This document shows, in pieces, positions 28,181-38,497 of a stretch of DNA of 64,000 nt (its first letter is position 1; each line of letters begins with the position of its first letter). Source of the stretch: an uncultured Gammaproteobacteria bacterium (GTDB lineage Bacteria > Patescibacteriota > Patescibacteriia > Magasanikbacterales > UBA922). The notes under the pieces were generated by a model. That model saw nothing but the letters and a program-made list of their open reading frames with translations, was not told the origin of the DNA and did not search any database. The stretch spans positions 21,008 through 85,007 of the forward strand of contig CAZTEU010000007.1 in assembly GCA_964612105.1 (NCBI GenBank), given 5' to 3'. Made by a program: the position numbers and the translations under genes.

Positions 28181-28255
28181 GAGGAGGGAAAAATATGGTT
28201 TTTTAGAGTGGGTTGATAGTGTCTTCTTTAATTTGAGGATAGCATCAACCCACTC
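28181..28255 (+). promoter_or_regulatory. Leader element: strong SD plus a 3-codon mini-ORF (ATG GTT TTT TAG) plus a 12-bp perfect stem-loop, upstream of the Cys-repeat gene
   Basis: GAGGAGGG (28181-28188), ATG 28195, TAG 28204-28206, then GAGTGGGTTGAT (28206-28217) pairing with ATCAACCCACTC (28244-28255) around a 26-nt loop. TTGACA at 28129-28134 upstream. Confidence 0.35.
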
Positions 28256-28308
28256 TGTTACGGGAAACAGGGTACAGATGCGCTTTAGCGCGAGGAGACA
28301 GTGACATC

Positions 28309-30972
28309 ATGAGGAACGTCACATTTGAGAGGAAGGCTGCTGCGCTCTTCGCGTTGGTAGTTGTTTTCAACATGGGGGGGTGTATCGACACCTTCTCCGA
28401 AGCAGAACAGGACCACTTGGTTTGTCTGCAGAGCACAAAAGGGTGTGATGCAGAATCCGAGGACGGCAGTATCGACGGAAGTTCTGTCGATGCCGATGAT
28501 GCATACGAGGATTCTAATGACACGCACCTGGACGCAACACCTGACAGCTCTGTGCTGGATGGTGGAGAAGATGGGTTCGTGGATGTGGAAGACTCGCAGG
28601 ATGATGCTGGAAGTGATTCCGGTGACACGCACCAAGATGCCGATGATGTGACCGATGACGCAGTGGACTCCCCAGATACGTTCACCACCGTGGTGGACAA
28701 CTGCAAGGGAGTAAACTGTGACGATGGGAACGTCTGCACAAACGACTCATGCAATTCTGTGGACGGATCATGCACCAACACGCACAACTCCGCCGACTGC
28801 GACGATGAAAATGTCTGCACATTGAATGACTTCTGCGAGGGGGGCTTTTGCATCTCCGGAATAGACAAAAAGTGTCCGGACGAAGGCAATCCCTGCACTG
28901 ACGAATCCTGCGACCAGAAGAAGGGCTGTGTTTCACTGCCCAACTCTGCGACTTGCACGGATGGGAATGCCTGCACTACCGCCGACACCTGCACGAACGG
29001 AAAATGCACCCCTCAGGGGGCGAAAGACTGCAATGATGGTGACAAGTGCACAAGTGACTCGTGCGACATCTTCAGTGGTTGTGAGCATGTCAGCAAGTCT
29101 GGAGAGTGCGACTGTGAGTTCGATGTCGACTGCATCGACAAGAATCCGTGTACTACGGACTCGTGCAAGGACAAAAAGTGCCAGTATGGATTCGCGGACA
29201 ACGAAGACTGCACAGATGACGGGCCGTGCACTGAGCCGAAGGGCAAGTGCAAGTCTGGCAAGTGTGTTGTTAAACTGAAGTCCTGCGACGACGACAACCC
29301 CTGCACTAACGACTCCTGCGACCAGAAGAAGGGCTGTGTTTCATTGCCCAACTCTGTGACTTGCACGGATGGGAACGCCTGCACGAAGGGTGACATCTGC
29401 AAGGATGGATCCTGTCAGAAAGGTTCTCCAGTTGCTTGCGACGACGATAACCCCTGCACCAGCGACAGCTGTGACACCAGCACCGGTAAGTGCTTGTTCA
29501 AGAAGGAGAAAGAGTGCTTAGGGCACAACAAGTGCACAAAACACAGCGATTGCCTTGCGAAAGGCAGTAAGTTCGTTGGTTGCTGGGATGTAAGCACTAT
29601 CCAGAACTCGCAGAGCCTTGGCTATTGCCAGAAGAAATACGGTGATGTGGGGAGCAAGTGCCTCTTCGAACTCATCGGTGAGAAGAAGCCCTGTAGTGAC
29701 GGCTTAGCCTGCACTCTTGATCTATGTAATACAGGCAAGGGGTGTGTCGTTGAACTCTTGCAGCACGATAAGTGCGATGACGGCAATGTCTGCACCAACG
29801 ACTCCTGCGACCAGAAGAAGGGCTGTGTTTCACTGCCCAACTCTGCGCCCTGCGATGACGGTGACAAGTGTACGGAGAATGACAAGTGCGCAGACAAGAA
29901 GTGTGTTGCGGGTACCCCAGTTACTGGCTGCATTGCATGCAAGGAAGATAAGGACTGCGAGGACGATGATATCTGCACTGCTGACTTCTGTTTCGGGGAC
30001 AGCGGATGCAAATACAAGCCCTCTCCACCCCTGACATCTTGTGACGACAGCAACCTTTGTACGGTTGGTGACACCTGTAAGGACAGCAAATGTACGAGTG
30101 GTAAGAAGAAGGTCTGCAATGACTCCAACCCCTGCACCAACGACTCCTGCAACAAGGACAAGGGGTGTGTCTATCTACCCAATTCTGCTACTTGCACAGA
30201 TGGAAGTGTCTGCACTCTGTCTGACCAATGCAAGGACAGCAAATGCTCTCCAGGTACCACGAAAGACTGCAACGACTCCAACCCCTGCACCAATGATTCA
30301 TGTGACAAAGTAAAAGGCTGTCTGCACAGCTCCAACACTGCGTCCTGCGATGACGGTGACAAGTGCACGGAGAACGACAAGTGTGCAGACAAGAAGTGTG
30401 TTGCGGGTAAAGCGACGCAGTGCGACGACAAAGATCCATGCACAGCTGATTCTTGTGACAGCAAGACAGGTAAGTGCAAGTTCCAGATGACTTGCAAGAT
30501 GATGAAGGCTTCAATCGAGCTCAAGACCACCAACGCCTGGTGGGAAGAGTTTGGTAAGGCCGGCGTCATGGCGCGGATTTCCGGTACTTGTAGCATTACG
30601 CTTTCTAGTGGCAAAAAACAGTCGCTTTGGAGTCTTGGTGTAGATTTCGCGCAAGCGAAGGCACCTCTACGCTGTCAGAATGGGGTTGTGTGTGGTGGAC
30701 AGGTTTCGCCTACTATCGTATTGGAAGCAGATGTTCTCGAGAAGTCGCATTCCCTGAAGTGTGACAAGGTCCAGGGATATCAGTACACAACCCTCAGTCC
30801 TTCTAGCTTCTTCAGCTCCATGAGCGGTCAGGCTGTTATGAAGGCTGGCACCTTCGGGACCAAGTTCACTGCCAAGGTCGGTAACTGCGAGGAGAAAGTC
30901 AAGTCATACACCAAGGTGTCAGACGGAAACGGCAATCTAGCCATCGCTTTCACTGCGTGTAAAAAACCATAA
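28309..30972 (+). CDS. Secreted/lipoprotein-like giant Cys-rich repeat protein: acidic N-terminal region, then about 30 or more tandem Dictyostelium-type (Dicty_CTDC-like) CxxC...C repeats, then a distinct C-terminal domain of about 150 aa; G+C-rich
   Basis: Signal peptide MRNVTFERKAAALFALVVVFNMGGC. Repeats such as CDDGNVCTNDSCNSVDGSCTNTHNSADCDDENVCTLNDFC and CTDGNACTTADTCTNGKC with a period of about 24 aa. GAGGAGA upstream of the ATG. Confidence 0.6.
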   Translation: MRNVTFERKAAALFALVVVFNMGGCIDTFSEAEQDHLVCLQSTKGCDAESEDGSIDGSSVDADDAYEDSNDTHLDATPDSSVLDGGEDGFVDVEDSQDDAGSDSGDTHQDADDVTDDAVDSPDTFTTVVDNCKGVNCDDGNVCTNDSCNSVDGSCTNTHNSADCDDENVCTLNDFCEGGFCISGIDKKCPDEGNPCTDESCDQKKGCVSLPNSATCTDGNACTTADTCTNGKCTPQGAKDCNDGDKCTSDSCDIFSGCEHVSKSGECDCEFDVDCIDKNPCTTDSCKDKKCQYGFADNEDCTDDGPCTEPKGKCKSGKCVVKLKSCDDDNPCTNDSCDQKKGCVSLPNSVTCTDGNACTKGDICKDGSCQKGSPVACDDDNPCTSDSCDTSTGKCLFKKEKECLGHNKCTKHSDCLAKGSKFVGCWDVSTIQNSQSLGYCQKKYGDVGSKCLFELIGEKKPCSDGLACTLDLCNTGKGCVVELLQHDKCDDGNVCTNDSCDQKKGCVSLPNSAPCDDGDKCTENDKCADKKCVAGTPVTGCIACKEDKDCEDDDICTADFCFGDSGCKYKPSPPLTSCDDSNLCTVGDTCKDSKCTSGKKKVCNDSNPCTNDSCNKDKGCVYLPNSATCTDGSVCTLSDQCKDSKCSPGTTKDCNDSNPCTNDSCDKVKGCLHSSNTASCDDGDKCTENDKCADKKCVAGKATQCDDKDPCTADSCDSKTGKCKFQMTCKMMKASIELKTTNAWWEEFGKAGVMARISGTCSITLSSGKKQSLWSLGVDFAQAKAPLRCQNGVVCGGQVSPTIVLEADVLEKSHSLKCDKVQGYQYTTLSPSSFFSSMSGQAVMKAGTFGTKFTAKVGNCEEKVKSYTKVSDGNGNLAIAFTACKKP

Positions 30973-31082
30973 ATCTCCGATCTACGGATCGGCAAGGAGA
31001 ACGCGCCAACAGCCTGCGGATTTACATCCAAAGGCTCGAGGCGCGCTCACAGTGTTTCTTTTCTCAAGGAGATAGTGTGGGG

Positions 31083-31104
31083 ATGGTGAGTATATACTCA
31101 CCAT
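31083..31104. terminator. 22-bp perfect palindrome ATGGTGAGTATATACTCACCAT (probable terminator of the island gene; overlaps the tRNA promoter -35)
   Basis: Perfect dyad with a TATATA centre. Same architecture as the eno terminator at 52650-52675. Confidence 0.4.
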
Positions 31105-31132
31105 TGAAATATTTAAGACTTTTTGTTATAGT
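31104..31132 (+). promoter_or_regulatory. Promoter of tRNA-Ile
   Basis: TTGAAA (31104-31109), 17-nt spacer, TATAGT (31127-31132), about 20 nt upstream of the tRNA. Confidence 0.5.
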
Positions 31133-31151
31133 ATTAGCGTTTTCTAGGTAT

Positions 31152-31227
31152 GGGCCTGTAGCTCAGTGGTTAGAGCACAACGCTTATAACGTTGGGGTCG
31201 GCGGTTCAATTCCACCCAGGCCTACCA
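31152..31227 (+). tRNA. tRNA-Ile with anticodon UAU (AUA-decoding); CCA encoded
   Basis: GGGCCTG-TA-GCTC-AGTGGTTA-GAGC-A-CAACG-CTTATAA-CGTTG-GGGTC-GGCGG-TTCAATT-CCACC-CAGGCCT-A-CCA. Anticodon loop positions 34-36 are TAT, with A37. The body closely resembles the E. coli tRNA-Ile1 scaffold. Confidence 0.8.
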
Positions 31228-31229
31228 TT

Positions 31230-32201
31230 ATGTCTGAACAAACATACAAAGTAGAAGAAAACAGTGCAGGTTCCCGCCTGGATGTTTTTTTGGCTGACAA
31301 AACTAGTTTTAGTAGGGCGAAAACTCAGAAGCTAATTAAAACTGAAAAGGTTTTAATTAATGGTAAAAGCATAAAAAAGGCAAGTCATGCTGTTCATGAG
31401 AATGATACAGTCTCTTTTGATTTGCAAAATGATGATATTGTGCAAGAAGAGGAGAAAGAAGCAACACTACACCCTTCTACAAAGCCACTGAAGATGATAA
31501 AAGAAGAGGAGGATTATCTGATAGTAGAAAAACCAGCTGGACTGCTTGTACACCCAACACAGGCAAACGAAGAAGATACTCTTGCAGGTAGAATAATTAA
31601 TGCATATCCGGAAATAAAAGGAGTGGGAGAGGGCTCTGTACGTCCAGGTATTGTGCACAGGATAGACAGAGATGCTTCTGGACTTCTTGTTATTGCAAAA
31701 AACCAAGAGATGTTTGATCATATAAAAGCTCAGTTTAAGACTAGGACAGTTAAAAAAGAATATGATGTGCTTGTGTACGGACACATGGAGAGACCAGAAG
31801 GTACAATTGATTTTGATATAGACCGTGGAAAAGATGGGCGAATGGTTTCTCGTCCCAAAATAGAATTAAATCTAAAAAATGTAGGAAAGGTGCAAGATGG
31901 GAAGCAGGCAATTACAGATTATAAGGTAGAAAAAGAGTTTGCACGATATTCCATGATAAAAGCAAAAATACACACTGGGCGCATGCATCAGATACGTGTA
32001 CACATGTTTGCTTTTAATCACCCTGTTGTAGGTGACACACTATACGAAAACAAGAAGCTCATAAAAAAAGGAGATAAAAAACTAAAAAGACTATTCCTTC
32101 ACGCATCAAAGCTATGTTTTGAGGATTTAAGTGGAAAAGAAGTCTGTTTTGAGTCCAAACTACCAAATAATCTAGAAAGTTATTTAGAAAATATTAAATA
32201 A
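31230..32201 (+). CDS. rluD: RluA/RluD-family 23S rRNA pseudouridine synthase with N-terminal S4 domain
   Basis: HRIDRDASGLLVIAK catalytic-Asp motif. S4-like N-terminus begins MSEQTYKV. The listed ORF from 31077 is an artefactual extension across the tRNA. Confidence 0.85.
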   Translation: MSEQTYKVEENSAGSRLDVFLADKTSFSRAKTQKLIKTEKVLINGKSIKKASHAVHENDTVSFDLQNDDIVQEEEKEATLHPSTKPLKMIKEEEDYLIVEKPAGLLVHPTQANEEDTLAGRIINAYPEIKGVGEGSVRPGIVHRIDRDASGLLVIAKNQEMFDHIKAQFKTRTVKKEYDVLVYGHMERPEGTIDFDIDRGKDGRMVSRPKIELNLKNVGKVQDGKQAITDYKVEKEFARYSMIKAKIHTGRMHQIRVHMFAFNHPVVGDTLYENKKLIKKGDKKLKRLFLHASKLCFEDLSGKEVCFESKLPNNLESYLENIK

Positions 32202-32202
32202 T

Positions 32203-32787
32203 ATGGAAGGAAAAGGAAAAATTATAGTTATTTCTGGTCCATCAGGTGCAGGGGAAGACAGCATAATAAATGGATTAGAAAAACAAATTCCAATAGAACG
32301 TGTAGTTACAACCACATCTCGTGATATGCGTGCAGGAGAATCAGAAAAAAATCCTTACTATTTTATTTCTCAAGAAGAGTTCGAAAAGGGAATAGAGGAT
32401 GGGATATATTTTGAACATGCTAAGCATTATAACGACAAGTATTATGGAGTGACCTTTGACGAAATAGAGCGTGTAAAAAGTAGTGATAAAATTGGAATAT
32501 GGAAAATTGACTACAAAGGTGTGATACAAGCAAAGAAATTAATGCCAGATTTGGTAACAATTTTCATTAATGCCCCATTAGACATACTAGAAAAAAGGAT
32601 TCGTCAGCGTGAGGGTGTTTCTGAGGAATATATTAAGGAAAGAATGGAATATACAAGAGAATGGCTAGAATATACAGATATCTATGACCATACTGTAATA
32701 AATGAGCAGAATAAGCTAGATAAGGCAATTTCTGAGGTTGTAGGCATTATAGAGAAAACAGAGCTATTGACAAATAATGCTAAATAA
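32203..32787 (+). CDS. gmk: Guanylate kinase
   Basis: ISGPSGAGEDSI P-loop variant, TTTSRDMRAGE, YYFISQEEF. Confidence 0.75.
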   Translation: MEGKGKIIVISGPSGAGEDSIINGLEKQIPIERVVTTTSRDMRAGESEKNPYYFISQEEFEKGIEDGIYFEHAKHYNDKYYGVTFDEIERVKSSDKIGIWKIDYKGVIQAKKLMPDLVTIFINAPLDILEKRIRQREGVSEEYIKERMEYTREWLEYTDIYDHTVINEQNKLDKAISEVVGIIEKTELLTNNAK

Positions 32788-32856
32788 TATACACTGATTC
32801 TACTTTAGAAAAATTCCGATGTTGGGACCGCTCAACCTCTCGCTAACACATATAAT

Positions 32857-33264
32857 ATGAGTGAAGACATTCGCAATAATCTTAAACCGGGCATGATAGT
32901 GCGTGTCCACCAGAAGATTAAAGAAAAGAACGTAAAAGGAGAGGAAAAGGAGAGAATCCAGGTTTTCGAAGGATTAATAATAGCAACAAAGCATGGTAAA
33001 GGACCATCTGCAACACTAACAGTACGTAAGGTATCTAATGGTGTAGGAGTAGAAAAAATATACCCTATTCATTCACCTGTTGTGGCCAAGATAGAGCTGG
33101 TTCGTGAAATGAAAGTTCGTCAGTCTCGTGCATACTACTTGCGTAGTCATAAGAAAAAACTTAAAGAAGTAAGAAAGCCTAAACAAAAGAAAGTCTCTAA
33201 AAAGAAAGAAGTGAAAGAGGAGAAGGTGGTTGAGAAGAAGGAAGAAACTAAAAAAGAAGCATAA
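32857..33264 (+). CDS. rplS: 50S ribosomal protein L19 with Lys/Glu-rich C-terminal extension
   Basis: [15 protein letters not shown]...[11 protein letters not shown]...[11 protein letters not shown]. Confidence 0.85.
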   Translation: MSEDIRNNLKPGMIVRVHQKIKEKNVKGEEKERIQVFEGLIIATKHGKGPSATLTVRKVSNGVGVEKIYPIHSPVVAKIELVREMKVRQSRAYYLRSHKKKLKEVRKPKQKKVSKKKEVKEEKVVEKKEETKKEA

Positions 33265-33265
33265 T

Positions 33266-33290
33266 AAAACACCCGAAAGGGTGTTTTTTT
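33266..33290. terminator. Bidirectional rho-independent terminator
   Basis: AAACACCC-gaaa-GGGTGTTT followed by TTTTT. Confidence 0.7.
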
Positions 33291-33305
33291 GTCTTTGTTT
33301 CTTTT

Positions 33306-36161
33306 TTACTTCATCTCCTCTTTAAGATACTTTCCTGTCCAACTTTCTTTTATCTTAATCACGTCTTTTGGTGTACCTTCCGCCACAACTTCTCCACCTT
33401 TTTTACCACCTTCTGGTCCAAGATCAATAATCCAATCAGCAGACTTTATTACATCTATGCTGTGCTCTATAATTAGTACTGTATTTCCTTTGTCTACTAG
33501 CTTGTTTAATACAAGTAAGAGTCTTTTAATATCCTCAAAATGAAGACCTGCTGTAGGTTCGTCTAAGATATAAAGAGTTTTACCTGTTGCTTTTCTAGAT
33601 AATTCTGTTGCTAGTTTTACACGCTGTGCTTCACCACCAGAAAGGGTAGTTGCTGGTTGTCCAAGTTGTACATAACCTAATCCAACATCTCTTAATACTT
33701 GTAACTTGTCTGCAATATTTTTCTTGTCTGCAAAAAACCTATACGCCTCTTCTACTGTCATGTTTAGTACATCTGAAACATTTTTCCCTCTATAATGAAT
33801 TTCTAATGTATCACGGTTATATCTTGTTCCTTCACATTCATTACATTCTACAAAAACATCTGTAAGGAATTGCATTGGAATACGGACATATCCCTCACCA
33901 GTACAGGCCTCACATCTACCACCACCTTTTACATTAAAACTAAATGTACCAGCATCGTAATTTCTTAGTTGTGCTTCTGATTGATTTGCATACAGTTCAC
34001 GTATTGCAGTAAATACACCTGTGTATGTTGCAGGATTACTGCGAGGAGTACGTCCAATTGGCATTTGATCTATTGAGATAACTTTATTTACAGAGCTTAA
34101 TCCCTTAATCTTGCTATGTTCTCCAGCCTCTGTTTTTGCTCTGTGGAAGTGTTTAGACAGTGCACGCCCAAGAATCTTATGTATTAGGGTTGTTTTTCCA
34201 GAACCAGACACTCCTGTAACACAGACAAGTTTTGCAAGAGGTATAGAGACATCAATATTTCTTAGGTTAAATGCCTTGGCCCCCTCGACAGTGATTGTTT
34301 TTCCAGAACCCTTGCGATATTTTTTTGGCATTGAAATATTTTCTTTTCTGCTGAGGTATCTTCCTGTAAGAGATTTTGAACTCTTCTTGATCTGCTGTAA
34401 AGATCCTTTTGCCATTATTTCTCCACCATAATTACCAGCACCAGGACCTACATCTATAACATAATCAGCAGATTCTATTATTGCTTTATCATGTTCTACA
34501 ACAATAACGGTATTACCAATATCCCTTAGGTGTCTCAATGTATCTATTAGTTTTTCTGTATCCTTAGAATGTAGCCCCATGGAAGGCTCATCTAATATAT
34601 AGATAATACCTGTAAGACCAGCAGATAACTGTGTAGAAAGTCTAATTCTCTGAGCCTCACCACCAGAAAGAGTAGATAATGAACGATCTAGAGAAACATA
34701 TCCAAGTCCTACACGGATAAGATGGTCTAGTCTAGCTGTAATTTCGTTTACTACCGGCTTAGAAATATCTTTTTTATCTCCAAGTAATCCTTGTATAAAT
34801 GGGTTTTCGTGGCTCTTTAAATTTTTACTCAATGCTTGTCTGGAAAGTGCGAATAACTCTTGAGCTTCCTCTATGTTCATTTCAGAAACATCAGAAATAG
34901 AGAAGTCTCCTATTTTTACATGCAAAGATTCTGGTTTTAGTCTTTTTCCATCACATACAGGACAGACACGCTCTCGCATGTATTGTTCTATCTCTTTTCT
35001 TATATATTCTGAGTTTGTTTCTGCGTGGCGTTGTGTAAGATTTGGAATTATACCTTCAAAATGTACTTTCTTATTATCTATAAGATACTCCTGCCCGTCT
35101 GTTCCATAGTACAGAAGATCCATTACATTTTGAGGTAGTTTTTGTACAGATACATTTACACTAAAGCCGTGTGCCGAAGAAACAGCACTAAGTAGCTTCT
35201 GATAATACTGCTGATTACCAACTATTCTAGTCCAAGGTTGCACAGCTCCTTCTGCGAGGGTTAGTCTTGGGTTTGGAATAACAAGCTCTGGATCTACGTC
35301 TAATATTCTTCCTAGACCACCACAGCGTCCACAAGCCCCGTATGGGCTGTTAAAACTAAAGGAACGAGGTTCTATTGGGTCAAATGTCTTTCCTGTTTCT
35401 AAACACACAGGTACTATAGCAAAAGTATATTCTTCATCCTCGTTTGCATCCCACAACAATACGAAACCATTTGAAAGATCTACAGCCTTTTCAATCATTC
35501 CATGCATTAGTTTTGTGGTCTTTTTTGTTATGTACCCAATTAGTACATCTATATCGTATGTTCTTGTGGCTTCGAACTTAAACTTACTCAACTGACCGAT
35601 AGTCATTTCCACTCCGTTAACACGAAACTTATCATAACCACTTTGCTCTAGTTTTTTTAACAGTAGCTTTGGTTTGATTTTCTGTTGCTTAATTACTGGA
35701 GATAATATGTATAGACCGCTCCCATTCTTAATTAACTTTCTTACTGATTCTGTAATTTCTCCAACACTGTGACTCATAACCTTTGTATTTGTTTCCGGAC
35801 AATACTGTATACCAACTCTTGCAAAAAGAAGGCGCAAATAATCTGCTATTTCTGTTGCTGTACCAACTGTAGAACGAGGGTTCTGTGTGTAATTTTTTTG
35901 GTCAATAGCAATTGTAGGGGACAGTCCTTGTATTTCATCAACATCCGGCTTATCTTGCATGTCCATAAACTGACGTGCATATGCATTAAGACTTTCTGCA
36001 TAGCGTCTTTGTCCTTCAGCATATATTGTGTCGAAAGCAAGTGAAGACTTACCGGACCCTGAGAGTCCGGTGATAACTACTAATTTATTTTTTGGAATAT
36101 CAACTGATACATCCTTTAAGTTGTGCACGCGTGCGTGCTTTATAGAAATATTATTTGGCAT
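33306..36161 (-). CDS. uvrA: Excinuclease ABC subunit A
   Basis: Two ABC ATPase modules ([20 protein letters not shown]), zinc-finger Cys pairs, 951 aa. Confidence 0.95.
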   Translation of the reverse strand: MPNNISIKHARVHNLKDVSVDIPKNKLVVITGLSGSGKSSLAFDTIYAEGQRRYAESLNAYARQFMDMQDKPDVDEIQGLSPTIAIDQKNYTQNPRSTVGTATEIADYLRLLFARVGIQYCPETNTKVMSHSVGEITESVRKLIKNGSGLYILSPVIKQQKIKPKLLLKKLEQSGYDKFRVNGVEMTIGQLSKFKFEATRTYDIDVLIGYITKKTTKLMHGMIEKAVDLSNGFVLLWDANEDEEYTFAIVPVCLETGKTFDPIEPRSFSFNSPYGACGRCGGLGRILDVDPELVIPNPRLTLAEGAVQPWTRIVGNQQYYQKLLSAVSSAHGFSVNVSVQKLPQNVMDLLYYGTDGQEYLIDNKKVHFEGIIPNLTQRHAETNSEYIRKEIEQYMRERVCPVCDGKRLKPESLHVKIGDFSISDVSEMNIEEAQELFALSRQALSKNLKSHENPFIQGLLGDKKDISKPVVNEITARLDHLIRVGLGYVSLDRSLSTLSGGEAQRIRLSTQLSAGLTGIIYILDEPSMGLHSKDTEKLIDTLRHLRDIGNTVIVVEHDKAIIESADYVIDVGPGAGNYGGEIMAKGSLQQIKKSSKSLTGRYLSRKENISMPKKYRKGSGKTITVEGAKAFNLRNIDVSIPLAKLVCVTGVSGSGKTTLIHKILGRALSKHFHRAKTEAGEHSKIKGLSSVNKVISIDQMPIGRTPRSNPATYTGVFTAIRELYANQSEAQLRNYDAGTFSFNVKGGGRCEACTGEGYVRIPMQFLTDVFVECNECEGTRYNRDTLEIHYRGKNVSDVLNMTVEEAYRFFADKKNIADKLQVLRDVGLGYVQLGQPATTLSGGEAQRVKLATELSRKATGKTLYILDEPTAGLHFEDIKRLLLVLNKLVDKGNTVLIIEHSIDVIKSADWIIDLGPEGGKKGGEVVAEGTPKDVIKIKESWTGKYLKEEMK

Positions 36162-36163
36162 AT

Positions 36164-37564
36164 TTATTCGTATCCTAGAGCTCCGTAAAAAGCTTTTCTA
36201 TCTTTCTCATTATCATCTATATCATGAATATGAGAAGCATTAATATCTAGTCTTATTCCTTTTTTAAAATCTTCTACTTTGATAAACAGAGACTTAGATG
36301 CAGTCTTGGCTGTTTTATCAAAAGCCCCATCAAATGCAGTACCTGTATCTCCTAGGTCTATAGCATTCTTTCCACTCATACCAATAAAGTGAAATTCATC
36401 TGTTGCGTCTCCTGCTTCGTCAAAGAAGAAGCCAATAACAAGACCTTTTACTCCACCTTTGTCATCACACTCTTTAAGCTTTTCGTCTATTTTTGAGTTT
36501 GTAACCCAGTAGTAGACCATTTTTCTTTGCGTATCTTCTTCTTTACCAACTGAATCATGTCCAGTAGCTATATACTTTCCATTACTACATACAAGATATA
36601 GTGAAGGTGTTCCTACCCACGCAAAGCTCCAGTCTTCTGTAAACACATCTCCAGCGAAAGTATCCGCTAACATACTACTATTAAACACAGTACCTACAAT
36701 ATTTCCTTCGTAACAGTCAGTTTGCTTGTTTCCAACCTTCTTATAACAAACCTGACTCTTATTTCCTTTCTTGGGACATAACGTACCTGCACACGTCTGC
36801 CCATTAGTTCCTTTTACAAAGTATTCATTTCCACAAACAGCTTTGTCGGGTTTAATGTTGTATGTTGCTGATTTAAGACTGGTTTCTTTCAGTGATTTTA
36901 ATGTTGATTCTGCATTATTTTTTATCTGGTCAGCAGTGTAGAGAATAGCTAAGTCCTTTTTTGTTTCGCTACAATATGTTGGTGCTAATTCTTCCGGATT
37001 AATCAACCACGCCTGAGGGAGTCGCAAATTTATTAAGTAAGGGTTAATAATAATTAGGATCATGTAGGATATTGCTGCAAGAAATAGACCCATTAAAGCT
37101 CCAGCAATACGCTTCTTTGCTCCTGTTATAGCTTCTGGGGAGCCAGCAGAAAAAATCCACTTGAGTCCTGCTGTCATAATCATAAACAGTGCTACTATGC
37201 TTGCTAATATTACTCCGTATCTATATATAAGTTGTATAAATTCACCTATGTTGGAAAATACAGTTTGGCTTCCAAAGCTAGTTTTTGTTTCTATACGTGT
37301 TGTTGGATAACAGAAGCCCACAAGCTCTTCTTTTTCCACATCACCCTCTTTTACTTTTGCAGTTTTACCTCCACAAGCATCCTGCGCATCTAGCCCTTGG
37401 TATAGTGGGTCTTTCTTAGCGTCTTTTTCACTTAGTCCAAATGTATTTTGTCTAATTTCTACACACTTACTTAGTGTAAAACACCTTGAGTCATCTGACT
37501 GAGAAAAGGCGATAGAGGGTAGGGCAAATATTATTATGGATATGAGGACTAATAAATTACGCAT
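36164..37564 (-). CDS. Secreted/membrane Cys-rich protein: signal peptide, two adjacent TM helices (pilin/VirB2-like hairpin?), large Cys-rich C-terminal ectodomain
   Basis: Signal [21 protein letters not shown]. TMs in [22 protein letters not shown] and [22 protein letters not shown]. More than 14 Cys. Confidence 0.4.
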   Translation of the reverse strand: MRNLLVLISIIIFALPSIAFSQSDDSRCFTLSKCVEIRQNTFGLSEKDAKKDPLYQGLDAQDACGGKTAKVKEGDVEKEELVGFCYPTTRIETKTSFGSQTVFSNIGEFIQLIYRYGVILASIVALFMIMTAGLKWIFSAGSPEAITGAKKRIAGALMGLFLAAISYMILIIINPYLINLRLPQAWLINPEELAPTYCSETKKDLAILYTADQIKNNAESTLKSLKETSLKSATYNIKPDKAVCGNEYFVKGTNGQTCAGTLCPKKGNKSQVCYKKVGNKQTDCYEGNIVGTVFNSSMLADTFAGDVFTEDWSFAWVGTPSLYLVCSNGKYIATGHDSVGKEEDTQRKMVYYWVTNSKIDEKLKECDDKGGVKGLVIGFFFDEAGDATDEFHFIGMSGKNAIDLGDTGTAFDGAFDKTAKTASKSLFIKVEDFKKGIRLDINASHIHDIDDNEKDRKAFYGALGYE

Positions 37565-37565
37565 A

Positions 37566-38354
37566 TTAGTTTAATTGATCAACGAGTAATGTGCGCCACT
37601 GATCTGACGTTACCACACCCTCAATTTTTGTATTGTTTATAATGTATGTTGGGGTTCCTTTTACTCCAAAAATTAGCCCATCTTGTAAATCTTGATGAGT
37701 GTATCCAAGGTTTTTTTGACTCTTTACACATTCGTTAAATTTGACCATATTTAATCCTATTTTCTGAGCTGATTTTGTAAGAGCGTCATCCTTTAGCTTA
37801 TTTGTTTCGAATAAGTCATCACGATATTCCCAAAACTTTTTTTGTTCGAAAGCACATGATGACGCAATACCAGCTGGAATTGCTCGTTCATGTATGCTGG
37901 ATAGTGGAAAGTGTTTGAACACAACTCTTACGGCTGGACCAAACTCTTCCACAGCTTTTTTAAATATCGGGTATGATTTTTGACAGAAAGGACATTCAAA
38001 ATCTTCAAAGACAAGTATTGTAATTGGAGCAGAACTCTTTCCTTTTGTTGGGTTATAAGGATGTATTGCTTTCTTGACATCACTTATTGAGAACTCTTTA
38101 TCTAAGGTCTGAAGTGATGAGTCTGAGGAAAATTCTCCCGCAAATCTCTGTGCAATTTCATCAGCAGTTCCAGTTTTTATCCTGATAAAGTAATAGCCAG
38201 TGGTAATAATGAATCCAAGGATAAGCAGTAGAACTGTTCCTCCAATCACTAAAACAGAAATCCCAAGAGGGGTTTTAATAAAGGGTTTCTTGGGCTCTGG
38301 ATTTTGAACTGTGAATCCTGTATCCATATATTTTATGACAAGCTTTTTGAACAT
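37566..38354 (-). CDS. Membrane-anchored DsbA-family thiol:disulfide oxidoreductase
   Basis: N-terminal TM, then a thioredoxin fold with the CPFC active site. Confidence 0.7.
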   Translation of the reverse strand: MFKKLVIKYMDTGFTVQNPEPKKPFIKTPLGISVLVIGGTVLLLILGFIITTGYYFIRIKTGTADEIAQRFAGEFSSDSSLQTLDKEFSISDVKKAIHPYNPTKGKSSAPITILVFEDFECPFCQKSYPIFKKAVEEFGPAVRVVFKHFPLSSIHERAIPAGIASSCAFEQKKFWEYRDDLFETNKLKDDALTKSAQKIGLNMVKFNECVKSQKNLGYTHQDLQDGLIFGVKGTPTYIINNTKIEGVVTSDQWRTLLVDQLN

Positions 38355-38497
38355 GAATAGTATAGCATGTTTTACAAAATGTCAATAGATGCGAAATGAT
38401 ACAAAAAAACACACCAATTTTTGACGTGTTTTTTATGGGCCCCGTCTCTGCTGTTGCAGTGACGGGTGCCCTCTCATCTTGATTACCTTCTGCTAGG

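Noticed and set aside
28245-30614. Multiple minus-strand ORFs of 100-250 aa inside the Dicty-repeat gene; also 38570-39266 plus-strand ORFs inside the 267-aa gene
   Set aside because: G+C-rich DNA is poor in stop codons, so long spurious antisense frames are expected. These have Ser/Pro/Gln-rich composition, no SD, and overlap a clearly structured repeat protein.
31083-31104. 22-bp perfect palindrome considered as a repressor operator over the tRNA-Ile -35
   Set aside because: An identically styled GC-stem/TATATA-centre palindrome is the eno terminator (52650-52675). It is therefore more simply a terminator of the upstream gene in this genome's native style. The operator idea is unsupported.
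31077-31229. The listed rluD ORF starting at 31077, including an SD-led ATG at 31083 reading in frame through to rluD
   Set aside because: This segment is a promoter plus a complete, well-folded tRNA-Ile gene. The in-frame continuity is coincidental, and the real rluD start is the ATG at 31230 (MSEQTYK..., S4-domain start).
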